Shown in pieces: positions 8,030 through 17,890 of a stretch of 64,000 nt of DNA (within the stretch, counting starts at the first letter, position 1; the number at the start of each line of letters is the position of its first letter). Under the pieces are notes generated by a model, which saw only the letters and a program-made list of their open reading frames with translations, was not told the origin of the DNA and did not search any database. This DNA comes from Cyanobium sp. NIES-981 (GTDB lineage: Bacteria; Cyanobacteriota; Cyanobacteriia; PCC-6307; Cyanobiaceae): assembly GCA_945901765.1 (NCBI GenBank), contig CAMDLO010000001.1, forward strand, positions 39,740 through 103,739. The letters run 5' to 3'. Made by a program: the position numbers and the translations under genes.

Positions 8030-9019
8030 ATGTCTCCCGTTCTGCCGAGCCCCTTGCCGCCTCTGAAAAGCCTGAATGCCCTGTTGATGCTGCTGCCGTT
8101 CGCCCTCTGGGGCACGGCGATGGCCGCGATGAAGCCCCTGCTCGAGCACGGCAGCCCCCTCCAGGTGGCCTGTCTGCGGCTGCTGCCGGCCGGAGCACTG
8201 CTGCTGCTGGCCGCCCTGTGGCTGCGTCGCCCTCTAGCGGTGGATCGTCGCGACTGGCCCTGGCTGCTGGCCTTCAGCCTGGTGGATGCAAGCCTGTTCC
8301 AGGGCCTGCTGGCCCGCGGTCTCGGCCAGACCGGCGCCGGCCTGGGCTCGGTGCTGATCGATTCCCAACCCCTGCTTGTGGCCCTGCTCGCCCGCAGCCT
8401 GTTCGGGGAGGCCATCAATCCAGTGGGCTGGCTGGGGCTGGTGCTCGGCCTGGTCGGCATCCTCTGTCTGGGGCTGCCGGAAGCGGTGCTGCGCCACTGG
8501 TGGCTGGAAGGCCCCAGGGCCATCGGCGCGCGCCCCTGGAGCCACGGCGAACTCTGGATGCTCGGGGCGGCGGCGGCGATGGCCGTGGGCACCGTGCTCT
8601 GCCGCTACGCCAGCCGCCACAGCGATCCGGTGGCCGTGACCGGCTGGCACATGCTGCTCGGCGGGCTGCCGCTGCTGCTGCTGGCCGAATGGCCGGTGCG
8701 GGCCGGCGCGGGCTGGCTGCCCGACTGGACAGGCGGCGAATGGGCCCTGATGGCCTACGCCACCCTGCTCGGCAGCGCCGTGGCCTACGGGCTGTTCTTC
8801 TGGTTCGCCAGCAGCGGTGACCTCACTGGCTTCACCGCACTCACCTTCCTCACACCCGTGTTCGCCCTGCTCTGCGGCGTGCTCTGGCTTGACGAGCAGC
8901 TGCGACCGCTGCAGTGGCTCGGGGCGGGGCTGGCGCTTGGATCGGTGCTGCTGATCAATCGCCGCGCCCAGCTCTGGCAGCCCGCCCCGGTCCAACCCCA
9001 TGGGCAGGAGCAACCGTGA
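8030..9019 (+). CDS. EamA/DMT-family transporter
   Basis: About 10 predicted TM segments in two EamA-like halves. ATG 8030 (MSPVLPSPL..) is preferred over GTG 7970. Confidence 0.8.
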   Translation: MSPVLPSPLPPLKSLNALLMLLPFALWGTAMAAMKPLLEHGSPLQVACLRLLPAGALLLLAALWLRRPLAVDRRDWPWLLAFSLVDASLFQGLLARGLGQTGAGLGSVLIDSQPLLVALLARSLFGEAINPVGWLGLVLGLVGILCLGLPEAVLRHWWLEGPRAIGARPWSHGELWMLGAAAAMAVGTVLCRYASRHSDPVAVTGWHMLLGGLPLLLLAEWPVRAGAGWLPDWTGGEWALMAYATLLGSAVAYGLFFWFASSGDLTGFTALTFLTPVFALLCGVLWLDEQLRPLQWLGAGLALGSVLLINRRAQLWQPAPVQPHGQEQP

Positions 9020-10104
9020 TGCGCGTGCTTGTGGTCAGCACACCGGTCGGAACCCTGGGCAGCGGCCGCGGCGGTGGGGTGGAACTGACGGCGACGGCCC
9101 TGGTGGCCGGGCTGCTGGAGCGCGGCCATCTGCTCACGGTGCTGGCCGGGGAGGGCTCGCGCCTGCCCTCCGGCTGCGCCGCCGCCAGCCTGTGGTGCGA
9201 ACGCGGCAGCGACCAGCCGAGCTGGCAGCACCGCCCCCGCGAGGCGGCGGTGGAGCTGCCGGCCGATGCCCTGCTGGCACGGCTCTGGCGACGGGCCCTG
9301 GGCGAGCAGGCGCACTTCGACGTGATCCTGAACCTCGGCTACGACTGGCTGCCCCTCTGGCTGACGCCCCACACGGCCACCCCCCTGGTGCACCTGGTGA
9401 GCATGGGTTCGGTGGCGACGGCGATCGATGCGGTGATCGCTGATGTCGATCGGAGCCATCCCGGCCACCTGGCCTTCCACACCGCCGCCCAGGCGGCGGA
9501 TTTCAACCTCAGCACCAGCCCGGTGCTGCTGGGCAACGGCTTTGCGCTGGAGCGCTACCACGTTCAGGAGCAGCCCCAAGCCCTGCTGGGCTGGGCCGGC
9601 CGCATCGCCCCGGAGAAGGGTCTGGAGGATGCGGCGCTGGTCGCCGCCCGGATCGGGCTGCCCCTGGCGGTGTGGGGCCTGGAGGAAGACCCCGCCTACG
9701 CCCGCCGCGTCGAGGCAGCCGTGCCCGCCGGCACCCTGCAATGGCGGGGCTTCCTGCCCACCGAGCAGCTCCAGGCCGAACTCGGCCATTGCGCCGTGCT
9801 GCTCAACACGCCCAAGTGGAATGAGGCCTTCGGCAATGTAGTGGTGGAGGCCATGGCCTGTGGCGTGCCGGTGGCCGCCTATGCCCGTGGCGGTCCGGCA
9901 GAGCTGGTGCAGGAGGGCCGCACCGGCGCCCTCGCCAGCCCCGACGACCTGGATGCCCTGACGGCAGCCGTGCGCCGCGCCCTGGCCGTGCCGCGGTCGC
10001 AATGCCGGAGCTGGGTGGACGAGCACTGTTCCCAGCAGGCGTTCGCCGGCCGGATCGAGACCTGGCTGGAGTCGGTGATCGAAGCCTGGACACGGGCCCG
10101 ATAA
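9019..10104 (+). CDS. Glycosyltransferase family 4 (GT-B, group 1)
   Basis: MRVLVVSTP.. N-terminus and the C-terminal E-x7-E region EAFGNVVVEAMACGVPVAAYARGGPAELV. The ATG shares one nt with the EamA stop (TGATG). Confidence 0.85.
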   Translation: MRVLVVSTPVGTLGSGRGGGVELTATALVAGLLERGHLLTVLAGEGSRLPSGCAAASLWCERGSDQPSWQHRPREAAVELPADALLARLWRRALGEQAHFDVILNLGYDWLPLWLTPHTATPLVHLVSMGSVATAIDAVIADVDRSHPGHLAFHTAAQAADFNLSTSPVLLGNGFALERYHVQEQPQALLGWAGRIAPEKGLEDAALVAARIGLPLAVWGLEEDPAYARRVEAAVPAGTLQWRGFLPTEQLQAELGHCAVLLNTPKWNEAFGNVVVEAMACGVPVAAYARGGPAELVQEGRTGALASPDDLDALTAAVRRALAVPRSQCRSWVDEHCSQQAFAGRIETWLESVIEAWTRAR

Positions 10105-10124
10105 CGTCAGGCCCCGCCCCCGGG

Positions 10125-11966
10125 ATGCCCGTGTCGACCCGATCCGTCCCGCCCCGGAGCCCAGAGCCGACCAGCACCCTTGTCCCTGCCAGCCAGACCC
10201 GGCTTGTGAGCTGGACTGCCCTGGTTCTGGGGCTGCTGCTCTTCGTCTGGCAGCTGGGCGACACCGGTCTGGTCGATGAGACACCACCGCTGTTCGCCGC
10301 CTCGGCCCGGGCGATGGCCGAAACGGGGGACTGGCTGATCCCACGGGTGAACGGGCTACCGCGGTACGACAAGCCACCCCTGGTCTACTGGGGGATGGGT
10401 CTGATCTACAGCCTGCCTGGCCATGGGCGCTGGGATCCGCTTGGCACCTGGGCGGCCCGGCTCCCCTCGGCCCTGGCCTGCGTGGCGGTGATGCTGGCCC
10501 TGGCGCGCACTCTGCTGCGCTGGCCTCAGGCCCGGAGAAACCCCGCCCTGACGGCGCTCAGCGCCGCCCTGGCCTTTGCCCTGTCGCCCCTGGTGCTGCT
10601 CTGGGGCCGGATCGCGGTCAGCGACGCCCTGTTCAGCGGCTGCCTGGCGATCGGCCTGCTGCTGCTCTGGAGCAGTTACGCCAACGCGGGGCGGCGCTGG
10701 TGGGCGGGCTGGTGCCTGCTGGCCCTGGCGATGCTCACCAAGGGGCCGGTGGCCCTGCTGCTGGCTGGTCTCACCCTGGCGGGCTTCGGCTGGCTGCAGC
10801 GCGACTGGCGCGGCCTGATCCGCCGGTTGCGCCCGCTGCGGGGGGCGGTGCTGACCGGGTTGCTGGCACTGCCCTGGTACGGCCTCGCCCTGCAGCGGGA
10901 GGGGGAGGCCTTCTGGCGCAGCTTCTTCGGGTACCACAACCTGCAGCGGTTCACGGCTGTGGTGAACAACCATCAGGCTCCCTGGTGGTTCTTCGGCCTG
11001 ATGCTGCTGCTGGCCAGCCTGCCGGCGACGCCGCTGCTGATCCTTGGGCTGACCCGCGGTCTGCGGGGGGAGCCCCTGCCGGCGGCGCTGTCGCTGCAGC
11101 GGTTCGCCGCCTGCTGGCTGATGGCCGTGCTGCTGTTCTTCAGCCTGGCGGCCACCAAATTGCCCAGCTACTGGCTCCCCGCCACGCCGGCAGCGGGGCT
11201 GCTGGTGGCCCTGGCTGCTCAACGGGGAGCCTGGCTGGCCTGGCGGCTGATGCTGGTGCTGGCCGCGCTGCTGGCGGCCGGCCTGGCGGCTGCTCCCCTG
11301 TGGGTGCCAGCGATCGTCACCCCCGAGATGCCCTCCCTGCCGGCAGAGCTGCTGACGAGCGGACGCCTGCCTTGGGCGGCCGGCTGCTTTGCCCTGGCTG
11401 CCGCAGCCGGGCTCAGCGGCTGGCGGCGCGGCACCCCAGTGAGTCTTGTGGCCCTGCAGTTGCCGCTGGTGGCGTTCGTGCCCCTGGTGCTGCTGCCCCT
11501 GGCGGAGCTCGGCGATCGACTGCGCGCCGAGCCGGTGCGCCAGCTCGCCGCCGCGGCCCGGCATCACCTGGTCGACGCGGCAGCGAGAACGTCCCCCCCT
11601 GCGGCCCCGACCCCGCTGGCGATGGTGGGGATGCTGAAGCCTTCACTGCATTTCTACAGCCGCCAGGTGGTTCTGTTTGAGGAGGCCGGCCCTGCCGGAG
11701 TGCTGAACCTGGCGGAGCGGCTGGCCACCGAACGGCGCCAGGGCCAGCAGCCGACCCCCGCCAGGGGCACCAGCCTGCTCCTGGTGATCGATACCGCCAC
11801 GGCCGCCCTGCCCCACTGGCGCGGTCTCACTCCTCGGATCCTCGATCAGGCCGGCATCTACCAACTCTGGCGGCTTGAGCGCGACCAGCTGGAGCAACGG
11901 GCGATCATCCTGCGTGCGGCCGGGTTGGACGCCACCTGGCGGGCCCCAAGGCCTGAGCGCTACTGA
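10125..11966 (+). CDS. ArnT/PMT-like glycosyltransferase family 39 (membrane)
   Basis: DETPPLFAASARAMAETGDWLIPRVNGLPRYDKPPLVYW resembles the ArnT/PMT_2 N-terminal loop. Many TM segments. ATG at 10125. Confidence 0.8.
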   Translation: MPVSTRSVPPRSPEPTSTLVPASQTRLVSWTALVLGLLLFVWQLGDTGLVDETPPLFAASARAMAETGDWLIPRVNGLPRYDKPPLVYWGMGLIYSLPGHGRWDPLGTWAARLPSALACVAVMLALARTLLRWPQARRNPALTALSAALAFALSPLVLLWGRIAVSDALFSGCLAIGLLLLWSSYANAGRRWWAGWCLLALAMLTKGPVALLLAGLTLAGFGWLQRDWRGLIRRLRPLRGAVLTGLLALPWYGLALQREGEAFWRSFFGYHNLQRFTAVVNNHQAPWWFFGLMLLLASLPATPLLILGLTRGLRGEPLPAALSLQRFAACWLMAVLLFFSLAATKLPSYWLPATPAAGLLVALAAQRGAWLAWRLMLVLAALLAAGLAAAPLWVPAIVTPEMPSLPAELLTSGRLPWAAGCFALAAAAGLSGWRRGTPVSLVALQLPLVAFVPLVLLPLAELGDRLRAEPVRQLAAAARHHLVDAAARTSPPAAPTPLAMVGMLKPSLHFYSRQVVLFEEAGPAGVLNLAERLATERRQGQQPTPARGTSLLLVIDTATAALPHWRGLTPRILDQAGIYQLWRLERDQLEQRAIILRAAGLDATWRAPRPERY

Positions 11967-12547
11967 AGGGACCCCGTCTCGGCCAGCTCCCGCCGCCGGC
12001 AGAAGCTGCAGTGGCCCCAGCGGGCCATCTCACCGGCTGGGGCAGGGCTGCCGCAGCGGGGACAGGTGGCCAGGCCATGCACGTCCACCCTGCAGGGATG
12101 GCGCGCCCAATCACTGCGACTCTCCTCACCGGCCAGCCGCGCCAAAGGGCCTGAATGGTGCTGCTCCACCCGCAGATCCCGCACGGCGAACCCCGCACCC
12201 CGCACGGCGGCGAGGAGCTGGTGGCGGTGGTATTGCAGGGCGAGCAGCCAGGGGCCGGGCGACGCACCGACGGTGAGCAGGGAGCCCTGCAACCGCAGCG
12301 GTCGGCAGTGGGGAGCGAGCTGGGGGCCCGCCAGGGTCGGCCAGCGCTGCCAGAGCGCTGCCAGATGCCCCTCCTGCCGCCACTGGGCCTGAAGAGCCTG
12401 CAGGCACTGATCCACCGCCGTGGCGGGGGGGCGATCCGCCGGGGCCAGCACAGCCGTGAGGCCACGCCGCTGCTCCCGCCAGCCGTCAGGGACCCAGGCT
12501 TGCCGCCAGCCCTGGGGCGACTGGCGGCGGGACCCGGTTGACGACAT
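11960..12547 (-). CDS. DUF721 (DciA-like) protein with C-terminal zinc-ribbon
   Basis: Core WP.L.GP.LA.HC.PL.L..G.L.V......W...L.....LL, plus CPRCG...CSFC at the C-terminus. ATG at 12547. Confidence 0.65.
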   Translation of the reverse strand: MSSTGSRRQSPQGWRQAWVPDGWREQRRGLTAVLAPADRPPATAVDQCLQALQAQWRQEGHLAALWQRWPTLAGPQLAPHCRPLRLQGSLLTVGASPGPWLLALQYHRHQLLAAVRGAGFAVRDLRVEQHHSGPLARLAGEESRSDWARHPCRVDVHGLATCPRCGSPAPAGEMARWGHCSFCRRRELAETGSLQ

Positions 12548-12604
12548 CGGCAAGCGCTTCGAGGGGATTGAGCGGACCCGCGGCTGACGGCCGGCCGGGT
12601 GGGC

Positions 12605-12644
12605 GGCTGCTGATCCGAGTGTTGACTGCAGCTGATCAGCAGCC
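12605..12644. promoter_or_regulatory. Perfect 11-bp inverted repeat GGCTGCTGATC-N18-GATCAGCAGCC upstream of vipp1
   Basis: Read directly. The loop contains TTGACT (12622-12627). It ends 84 nt upstream of the vipp1 ATG. Confidence 0.3.
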
Positions 12645-12727
12645 CAGATCATGATTAGCTTGCCAGCATCGCCCGGGCCACCAGCTGGCCGCCAGTGGCC
12701 CCCAATCCCGCAAGAGCGACAACGTCC

Positions 12728-13516
12728 ATGGGCTTCTTTGAACGCCTCAGCCGCCTGTTCCGCGCCAACGCCAACGCGGTGATCAGCAGCATGGAGGATC
12801 CCTCCAAGATCCTCGACCAGTCGGTCGATGACATGCAACGCGACCTGGTGAAACTGCGCCAGGCCGTGGCCACCGCCATCGCCAGCCAGAAGCGGATCCA
12901 GAACCAGGCCGAACAGGCCGAAAGCCAGTCCAAGACCTGGTACGAGCGCGCCGAACTGGCCCTGAAAAAGGGGGAAGAGGATCTGGCGCGCGAGGCGCTC
13001 ACCCGCCGGAAGACTTATCAGGACACCGCCACGGCCCTGAACACCCAGCTGCAGACCCAGTCGAGCCAGGTGGATCAGCTCAAGAAGAGCCTGCTGCAGC
13101 TGGAGAGCAAGATCTCCGAAGCCAAGACCAAGAAGGACATGCTCAAGGCCCGCGCCCAGGCGGCCCAGGCCCAGGAGCAGCTGCAGAGCGCCGTGACCGG
13201 CCTGGGCACCGACAACGCCATGGCGGCCTTCGAGCGCATGGAGGAGAAGGTGCAGTCGCTGGAAGCCCGTAGCCAGGCCGCCGCCGAGCTGGCCGGCGCC
13301 GACCTCGAGAGCCAGTTCGCCGCTCTTCAGAGCAGCGATGTGGATGACGAACTGGCGGCGCTGCGCAGCCGGCTGGAGAGCAATCAGCTGGCCCCCAATC
13401 AGGAGCCGATCGCCCTGCCTGCCGATGGCGGGCCCACTCCGCAGCTGGAGCCGGTGCAGGTGGCCGAAGTGGATGCGGAACTGGAGGACCTCAAGCGCTC
13501 GATCGACAAGCTCTGA
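12728..13516 (+). CDS. vipp1: Vipp1/IM30 (PspA family with C-terminal extension)
   Basis: MGFFERLSRLFRANANAVISSMEDPSKILDQSV.DMQ.DLVKLRQAVA; coiled-coil throughout, and an extra C-terminal helix AEVDAELEDLKRSIDKL. Confidence 0.9.
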   Translation: MGFFERLSRLFRANANAVISSMEDPSKILDQSVDDMQRDLVKLRQAVATAIASQKRIQNQAEQAESQSKTWYERAELALKKGEEDLAREALTRRKTYQDTATALNTQLQTQSSQVDQLKKSLLQLESKISEAKTKKDMLKARAQAAQAQEQLQSAVTGLGTDNAMAAFERMEEKVQSLEARSQAAAELAGADLESQFAALQSSDVDDELAALRSRLESNQLAPNQEPIALPADGGPTPQLEPVQVAEVDAELEDLKRSIDKL

Positions 13517-13589
13517 GCTTTCGATCCGGAGCAGCCGGCCGCCTCAGCCAGCTGCTCCATACAATCGGCTCAACTCCCCAGCAGTCGCA

Positions 13590-13910
13590 GTGTCTGTCGT
13601 CCAGCTCACCGATGCCAACTTCGAATCCGAGGTGCTGGAGGCGGCCGCAGCGGTGCTCGTGGATGTCTGGGCCCAGTGGTGCGGCCCCTGCCGACTGATG
13701 GCGCCGTTGATGGACTGGGCCGCAACCGAATATGCGGGGCGCCTGGCCGTGGGCAAGCTGGAGGCCGACCCCAATCCCGCCAGTCGCGATCGGTTGGCGG
13801 TGCAGGGACTGCCCACCCTCGTGCTGTTCCGCGCCGGTGAGGAGCTGGCCCGTCATGAGGGCGCCATGGCCCAGCCCCAGCTGAAGGCCTTCCTGGATGC
13901 CCATCTCTGA
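13590..13910 (+). CDS. Thioredoxin
   Basis: WCGPC active site in VLVDVWAQWCGPCRLMAP, and GLPTLVLF. GTG start at 13590 gives 106 aa. Confidence 0.85.
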   Translation: MSVVQLTDANFESEVLEAAAAVLVDVWAQWCGPCRLMAPLMDWAATEYAGRLAVGKLEADPNPASRDRLAVQGLPTLVLFRAGEELARHEGAMAQPQLKAFLDAHL

Positions 13911-15090
13911 GCGGCTCTCCCGCCTGGGCAGCGGCGTCTTTGCCCGCAACGACCGCCGCAAGGCGGCGTACAGCCGCCTTGCGGCGGACCGGGCCTCGGG
14001 CCTGCCCCCCCTGCTCGATCTCTCCCTGGGCTCCACCGACCTGCAGCCTCCACCGGCGGCGATCGCGGCAATGGTGGAGCGGATCGGCAGACCGGAGAGC
14101 GCTGCCTACTGCCTGCACGCCGCGACCGAACCGCTGCGCCGCTGCGTGGCCACCTGGGCCGGCCGCCGCTTTGGAGCAGCCGTGGATCCGGAAACGGAAG
14201 TGCTGCTGCTGGTGGGCTCCCAGGAAGGCACGGCCCATCTGCCCCTGGCAGTGCTCAACCCCGGCGACGGTGCCCTGCTGCTCGATCCCTATTACCCGTC
14301 GCACATCGGCGGCTTGCATCTGGCCTCCGCCAGGCCCCAGCTGCTGCCCCTGGATCCGGCGGCAGGCTGGCGGCCTGACTTCGAGCGGATCACCGCCCAG
14401 CAATGGAATCAGCTGCGGCTGATGGTGCTGGGGTTCCCCCACAACCCGACCGCCACCACCGGCGATCAGACCTGGCTTGATGCAGCGGTGGAGAAGGCCC
14501 TGGCCCACGGTCTCGTGCTGGCCCACGACAACCCTTACGTAGACCTGGCCCTCGACGGCGAGGCGCCGGCCCTGCTGCGCAATCCGGCCTGGCGCGCCTG
14601 CGGCATCGAATTCTTCTCGCTCTCCAAGAGCTGGTGCCTGGGGGGCTTCCGCCTGGCCTTCGCGATCGGCGCCGAATGGCTGATCACGGCCCTGCGCCAG
14701 CTCAAGGGGGTGGTGGATTTCAACCAGTCCCTGGCTCTGCAGGCCGGGGCGATTGCGGCGATCGAGCAGGCGCCCGAGTGGCCCGCCGAGTTGCGAACGG
14801 TCTACCGCCGCCGCCGCGATCGCATGGCTGCTGCCCTGGAAACCGCCGGCTGGCCGGTGCGGCTCCCCTCCATGGCTCTTTACCTGTGGCTGCAGCTGCC
14901 TCCTCAGGCCCGCGGACACGACTCCGAAAGCTTCTGTGCCGCCCTGTTGGAAGCCACCGGTGTGGCCCTCACGCCCGGCAATGGCTTCGGACCCGGCGGC
15001 GAGGGCTGGGCACGGCTGGCTCTGGTTCATCCCGATGCAGAACTGGACGCGGGAGCAGCAAGGATCAGGGCCTGGCTGGCTCAGCAGTGA
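13897..15090 (+). CDS. Pyridoxal-phosphate-dependent aminotransferase, class I/II
   Basis: GFPHNPT, FSLSKSW (PLP lysine) and a 397-aa size. Substrate is not assignable from sequence. Confidence 0.85.
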   Translation: MPISERLSRLGSGVFARNDRRKAAYSRLAADRASGLPPLLDLSLGSTDLQPPPAAIAAMVERIGRPESAAYCLHAATEPLRRCVATWAGRRFGAAVDPETEVLLLVGSQEGTAHLPLAVLNPGDGALLLDPYYPSHIGGLHLASARPQLLPLDPAAGWRPDFERITAQQWNQLRLMVLGFPHNPTATTGDQTWLDAAVEKALAHGLVLAHDNPYVDLALDGEAPALLRNPAWRACGIEFFSLSKSWCLGGFRLAFAIGAEWLITALRQLKGVVDFNQSLALQAGAIAAIEQAPEWPAELRTVYRRRRDRMAAALETAGWPVRLPSMALYLWLQLPPQARGHDSESFCAALLEATGVALTPGNGFGPGGEGWARLALVHPDAELDAGAARIRAWLAQQ

Positions 15091-15842
15091 TCCGGCCCGA
15101 GCCACCGCCGCGCCCCTGGCGCCTGCGCCGGCTGCGGGTGTGTGGCAGCACCGAACGTGAACTGGACCGCTGGTTGACCACGCTCGCCGTCGCCGAGCGG
15201 AGCGATCCGGCTGCCACCCTGCCCCTGGCCGTGCGGGCCGAGCGGCAGCGCCATGGCCATGGCCAGCAAGGACGGATCTGGCAGGCCCCGCAGGGTGGGG
15301 TCTGGCTGAGCGCCGCCCTGCCCTGGCCCGCCGCCGACGGAGCCGCCCTCGGACTGGCGGTGGCGGTCGGTCTGGCGCTGCAGCTGGAGGACCTGGGCCT
15401 TCAACCGCGGCTCAAGTGGCCCAATGACCTGCTGGTGAGGGGACGCAAACTGGCTGGGCTGCTGCCGCGGTTGCGGCTGCGGGGCGACCGGGTGCGCTGG
15501 GCCCGGGTGGGCATCGGCCTCAATGGGGTGAATCGGGTGCCGGCCGGTGCCATCAGCCTGGCTGCGGCGCTGACGGTCCCCGGGCAGCGCCGCCTCCCGA
15601 TCTGGCATCCTCAGGCCTGTCCGCGGCGACTGGAGCAGCGGGTGCTGGCCGCGCTCAACTGGGCGATGGCCAGCTCTCACCGGCCGGAGTGGGTACGCCT
15701 GCTGGCCGAGCAACGGCTGTGGCGGCCTGCCGGCGGATTCGAACTGGCCGGCTGCACCTGGCAGATCGATGGCCTGGATCTGGATGGAGCCTTGCGCCTG
15801 CGGCGGGGAACCCAGAGCTGCCGGGTGCAGCGCCACTTCTGA
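15087..15842 (+). CDS. birA: Biotin-[acetyl-CoA-carboxylase] ligase
   Basis: GHGQQGRIWQAPQGGVWLS and KWPNDLL motifs. GTG 15087 overlaps the aminotransferase stop (GTGA). Confidence 0.8.
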   Translation: MIRPEPPPRPWRLRRLRVCGSTERELDRWLTTLAVAERSDPAATLPLAVRAERQRHGHGQQGRIWQAPQGGVWLSAALPWPAADGAALGLAVAVGLALQLEDLGLQPRLKWPNDLLVRGRKLAGLLPRLRLRGDRVRWARVGIGLNGVNRVPAGAISLAAALTVPGQRRLPIWHPQACPRRLEQRVLAALNWAMASSHRPEWVRLLAEQRLWRPAGGFELAGCTWQIDGLDLDGALRLRRGTQSCRVQRHF

Positions 15843-15899
15843 ACGGCGCCAGTTGCCTAAACTCGCCCTGGCCTGATTTGTCCAGCCTCCCCCGCCCGC

Positions 15900-17195
15900 A
15901 TGGCTCCGCGCCCATCGATCGGATCCGTCCCGGGCAAGCCCCGCAGCCAGCAGCGATCAGGGGCGAGCGTTGGCGCTTCTCTGCTGTCGGCACTGGCCCT
16001 GGGCCTGGCGTCAACGCCGATGCTGGTGGCGCTGGCTGCCGGTGAAGGCGGCGAGGTCACCGCTCCCCAGGCTCCAGCACCACCGCCTCTGCCCACTCCC
16101 CCAACCGGCCCCGCCGTCGGCCAGTCACCAGCTGAGCCCCTGCCCCAGCCGCAGCCCCTGCGCCCACCAGCCGGGGATCTGCCAGCGCGGACGCTTCGCC
16201 CCGATCAACCCGGATCAGGGTTCGATCAAGCGCTCGATCAACTGGAACGCGAAGGCGCCATCACGCCCTCGGAACGGAAACGGGGAGGCTTCAGCGGCGC
16301 GAAGGTGGCCCCGAGCCAGCAACCCGCCTTCGCTGAAGCCTGCCAACAAGGCGCCATCAGCGCCCGCGAATGTGCCGGTGGTGTCGTGGTGCAGTTCCGT
16401 GGCCGCAACCAGGGGCAGAGCGACACGCTCAACGCCCAAGACCTGCTGGAGGGCAACGGCCCCGCCGCGGAGGGCCTCGGGAGCTCGCCATGGGGGCCGT
16501 CGACGGCGCTCGGCACCCCCAGCGGCGCTCCGCTCACCACACCCCTCACCGTGCCGGTCTCAGCTCTGTTGGCAGGGGAGGGCGGCAGCTTCAGCCTGGC
16601 CGGCGTGTTCGGCCGCACCCCCAGGCCGGCTCCGACCAACGGCAATGGCAACCGCCGCCTGCTGTTTCCTCTGATCGGCTCGGCGGTCACCTCCAGCGAG
16701 TTCGGCTACCGGTTGCACCCGGTGCTCGGCAGCTGGCTGATGCATGCCGGCAAGGATCTGGCGGCACCGGAGGGAACACCTGTGGTGGCCGCTCTCTCGG
16801 GCCGGGTGGTGAGCAGCGGACTGGCAGGCGGCTACGGCCTGGCGATCGAGATCGAACACGACAATCCCCGGCGTCGCACTCTCTACGGCCACCTGAGCGA
16901 GCTGTATGTCAAAGCAGGCGAACGGGTGCGGCAGGGCGAAGTGATCGGACGTGTGGGCAGCACCGGCCTCAGCACCGGGCCCCATCTGCACTTCGAGCTG
17001 CGGCTGCCTGGCGAGGGAGGCTGGGTGGCCGTCGACCCCGGTGATCTCGACCCGGGCAACGCTGCGGCAGGCAGCGATGCGATCGCCGCGCTGATGGGTG
17101 AGCTGCTGCAACGTCTGGAGCGGCCCAAGGCCCCCCTGCAGGCCCGCGCCGGCGCCACCGCACCGCGCCGGGAGCCGGCGCTCAGCAAGCCCTGA
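15900..17195 (+). CDS. M23 (LytM-type) peptidoglycan endopeptidase with Pro-rich N-terminal region
   Basis: HAGKDLAAPEGTPV (HxxxD) and GSTGLSTGPHLHFELR (HxH) in the C-terminal third. Confidence 0.9.
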   Translation: MAPRPSIGSVPGKPRSQQRSGASVGASLLSALALGLASTPMLVALAAGEGGEVTAPQAPAPPPLPTPPTGPAVGQSPAEPLPQPQPLRPPAGDLPARTLRPDQPGSGFDQALDQLEREGAITPSERKRGGFSGAKVAPSQQPAFAEACQQGAISARECAGGVVVQFRGRNQGQSDTLNAQDLLEGNGPAAEGLGSSPWGPSTALGTPSGAPLTTPLTVPVSALLAGEGGSFSLAGVFGRTPRPAPTNGNGNRRLLFPLIGSAVTSSEFGYRLHPVLGSWLMHAGKDLAAPEGTPVVAALSGRVVSSGLAGGYGLAIEIEHDNPRRRTLYGHLSELYVKAGERVRQGEVIGRVGSTGLSTGPHLHFELRLPGEGGWVAVDPGDLDPGNAAAGSDAIAALMGELLQRLERPKAPLQARAGATAPRREPALSKP

Positions 17196-17203
17196 CCGAT
17201 TGC

Positions 17204-17890
17204 TCAGCCGGTGATGCGCCCATCGCGGAACTGCACCACCTGTTCGGCCCGGGCGGCCACATCATCCTCATGGGTCACCATCACCAGGGTGATGCCGCTG
17301 CGGTGCAGCTCATCAAAGATGGCCAGCACCTCTTCGGTGGTGCGTGAATCGAGCGCGCCGGTGGGCTCATCCGCCAGCAGCAGCGCCGGCTGGTTGATGA
17401 TGGCCCTGGCGATCGCCACCCGTTGCTGCTGACCTCCGGAAAGCTGGTTCGGCCGGTTGGACAGGCGTTGTCCAAGCCCGACCCTCTCCAGTGCCGCCAC
17501 GGCCCGCTGCCGACGCTCCCCGTGGGGCACACCCGCATAGACCATCGGCAACATCACATTCTCCAGCGCACTCAGCTGGGGCAACAGATGAAACTGCTGA
17601 AACACAAAACCAAGCTGCCGGTTGCGCAGATCTGCTAGAGCGTCGTCATCCAGGCTCTCGACCGGGATGCCGTTGAGCCGGTAACTGCCACCGCTGGGGC
17701 GATCGAGGCAACCGAGGATGTTCATGGCCGTGCTCTTGCCGGAACCGGAGGCGCCCATGACGGCCAGGTAGTCACCCCGCTGGACGCACAGGTCGAGGCC
17801 ATCGAGGGCCCGTACTTCAGCATCACCGCTGCCGTAGACCTTCTCAACGCCGATCAGTTCGGCGACGGGGGCGACATCGGCGAGCGCCAT
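17204..17890 (-). CDS. ABC transporter ATP-binding protein, MacB/LolD/DevA-like
   Basis: [35 protein letters not shown]. The ATG shares one nt with the ndhB stop (TGATG). Confidence 0.9.
   Translation of the reverse strand: MALADVAPVAELIGVEKVYGSGDAEVRALDGLDLCVQRGDYLAVMGASGSGKSTAMNILGCLDRPSGGSYRLNGIPVESLDDDALADLRNRQLGFVFQQFHLLPQLSALENVMLPMVYAGVPHGERRQRAVAALERVGLGQRLSNRPNQLSGGQQQRVAIARAIINQPALLLADEPTGALDSRTTEEVLAIFDELHRSGITLVMVTHEDDVAARAEQVVQFRDGRITG

Noticed and set aside
8785-10377. 530-aa minus-strand ORF across the EamA/GT4/GT39 genes. Similar long shadow ORFs lie at 13606..15105, 20770..22473, 24430..25854, 27308..28708, 33593..34840, 44409..45989, 47494..49365, 53722..55488 and 43370..44494
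   Set aside because: All lie opposite well-supported genes, have low-complexity R/G/A/P/Q-rich translations and lack motifs. I treat them as high-GC artefacts, although antisense coding cannot be formally excluded without conservation analysis.
13528-13558. Hairpin GGAGCAGC-N15-GCTGCTCC between vipp1 and the thioredoxin gene, as a terminator
   Set aside because: It has an 8-bp stem but a large loop and no downstream U-run. The evidence is insufficient to call it a terminator.
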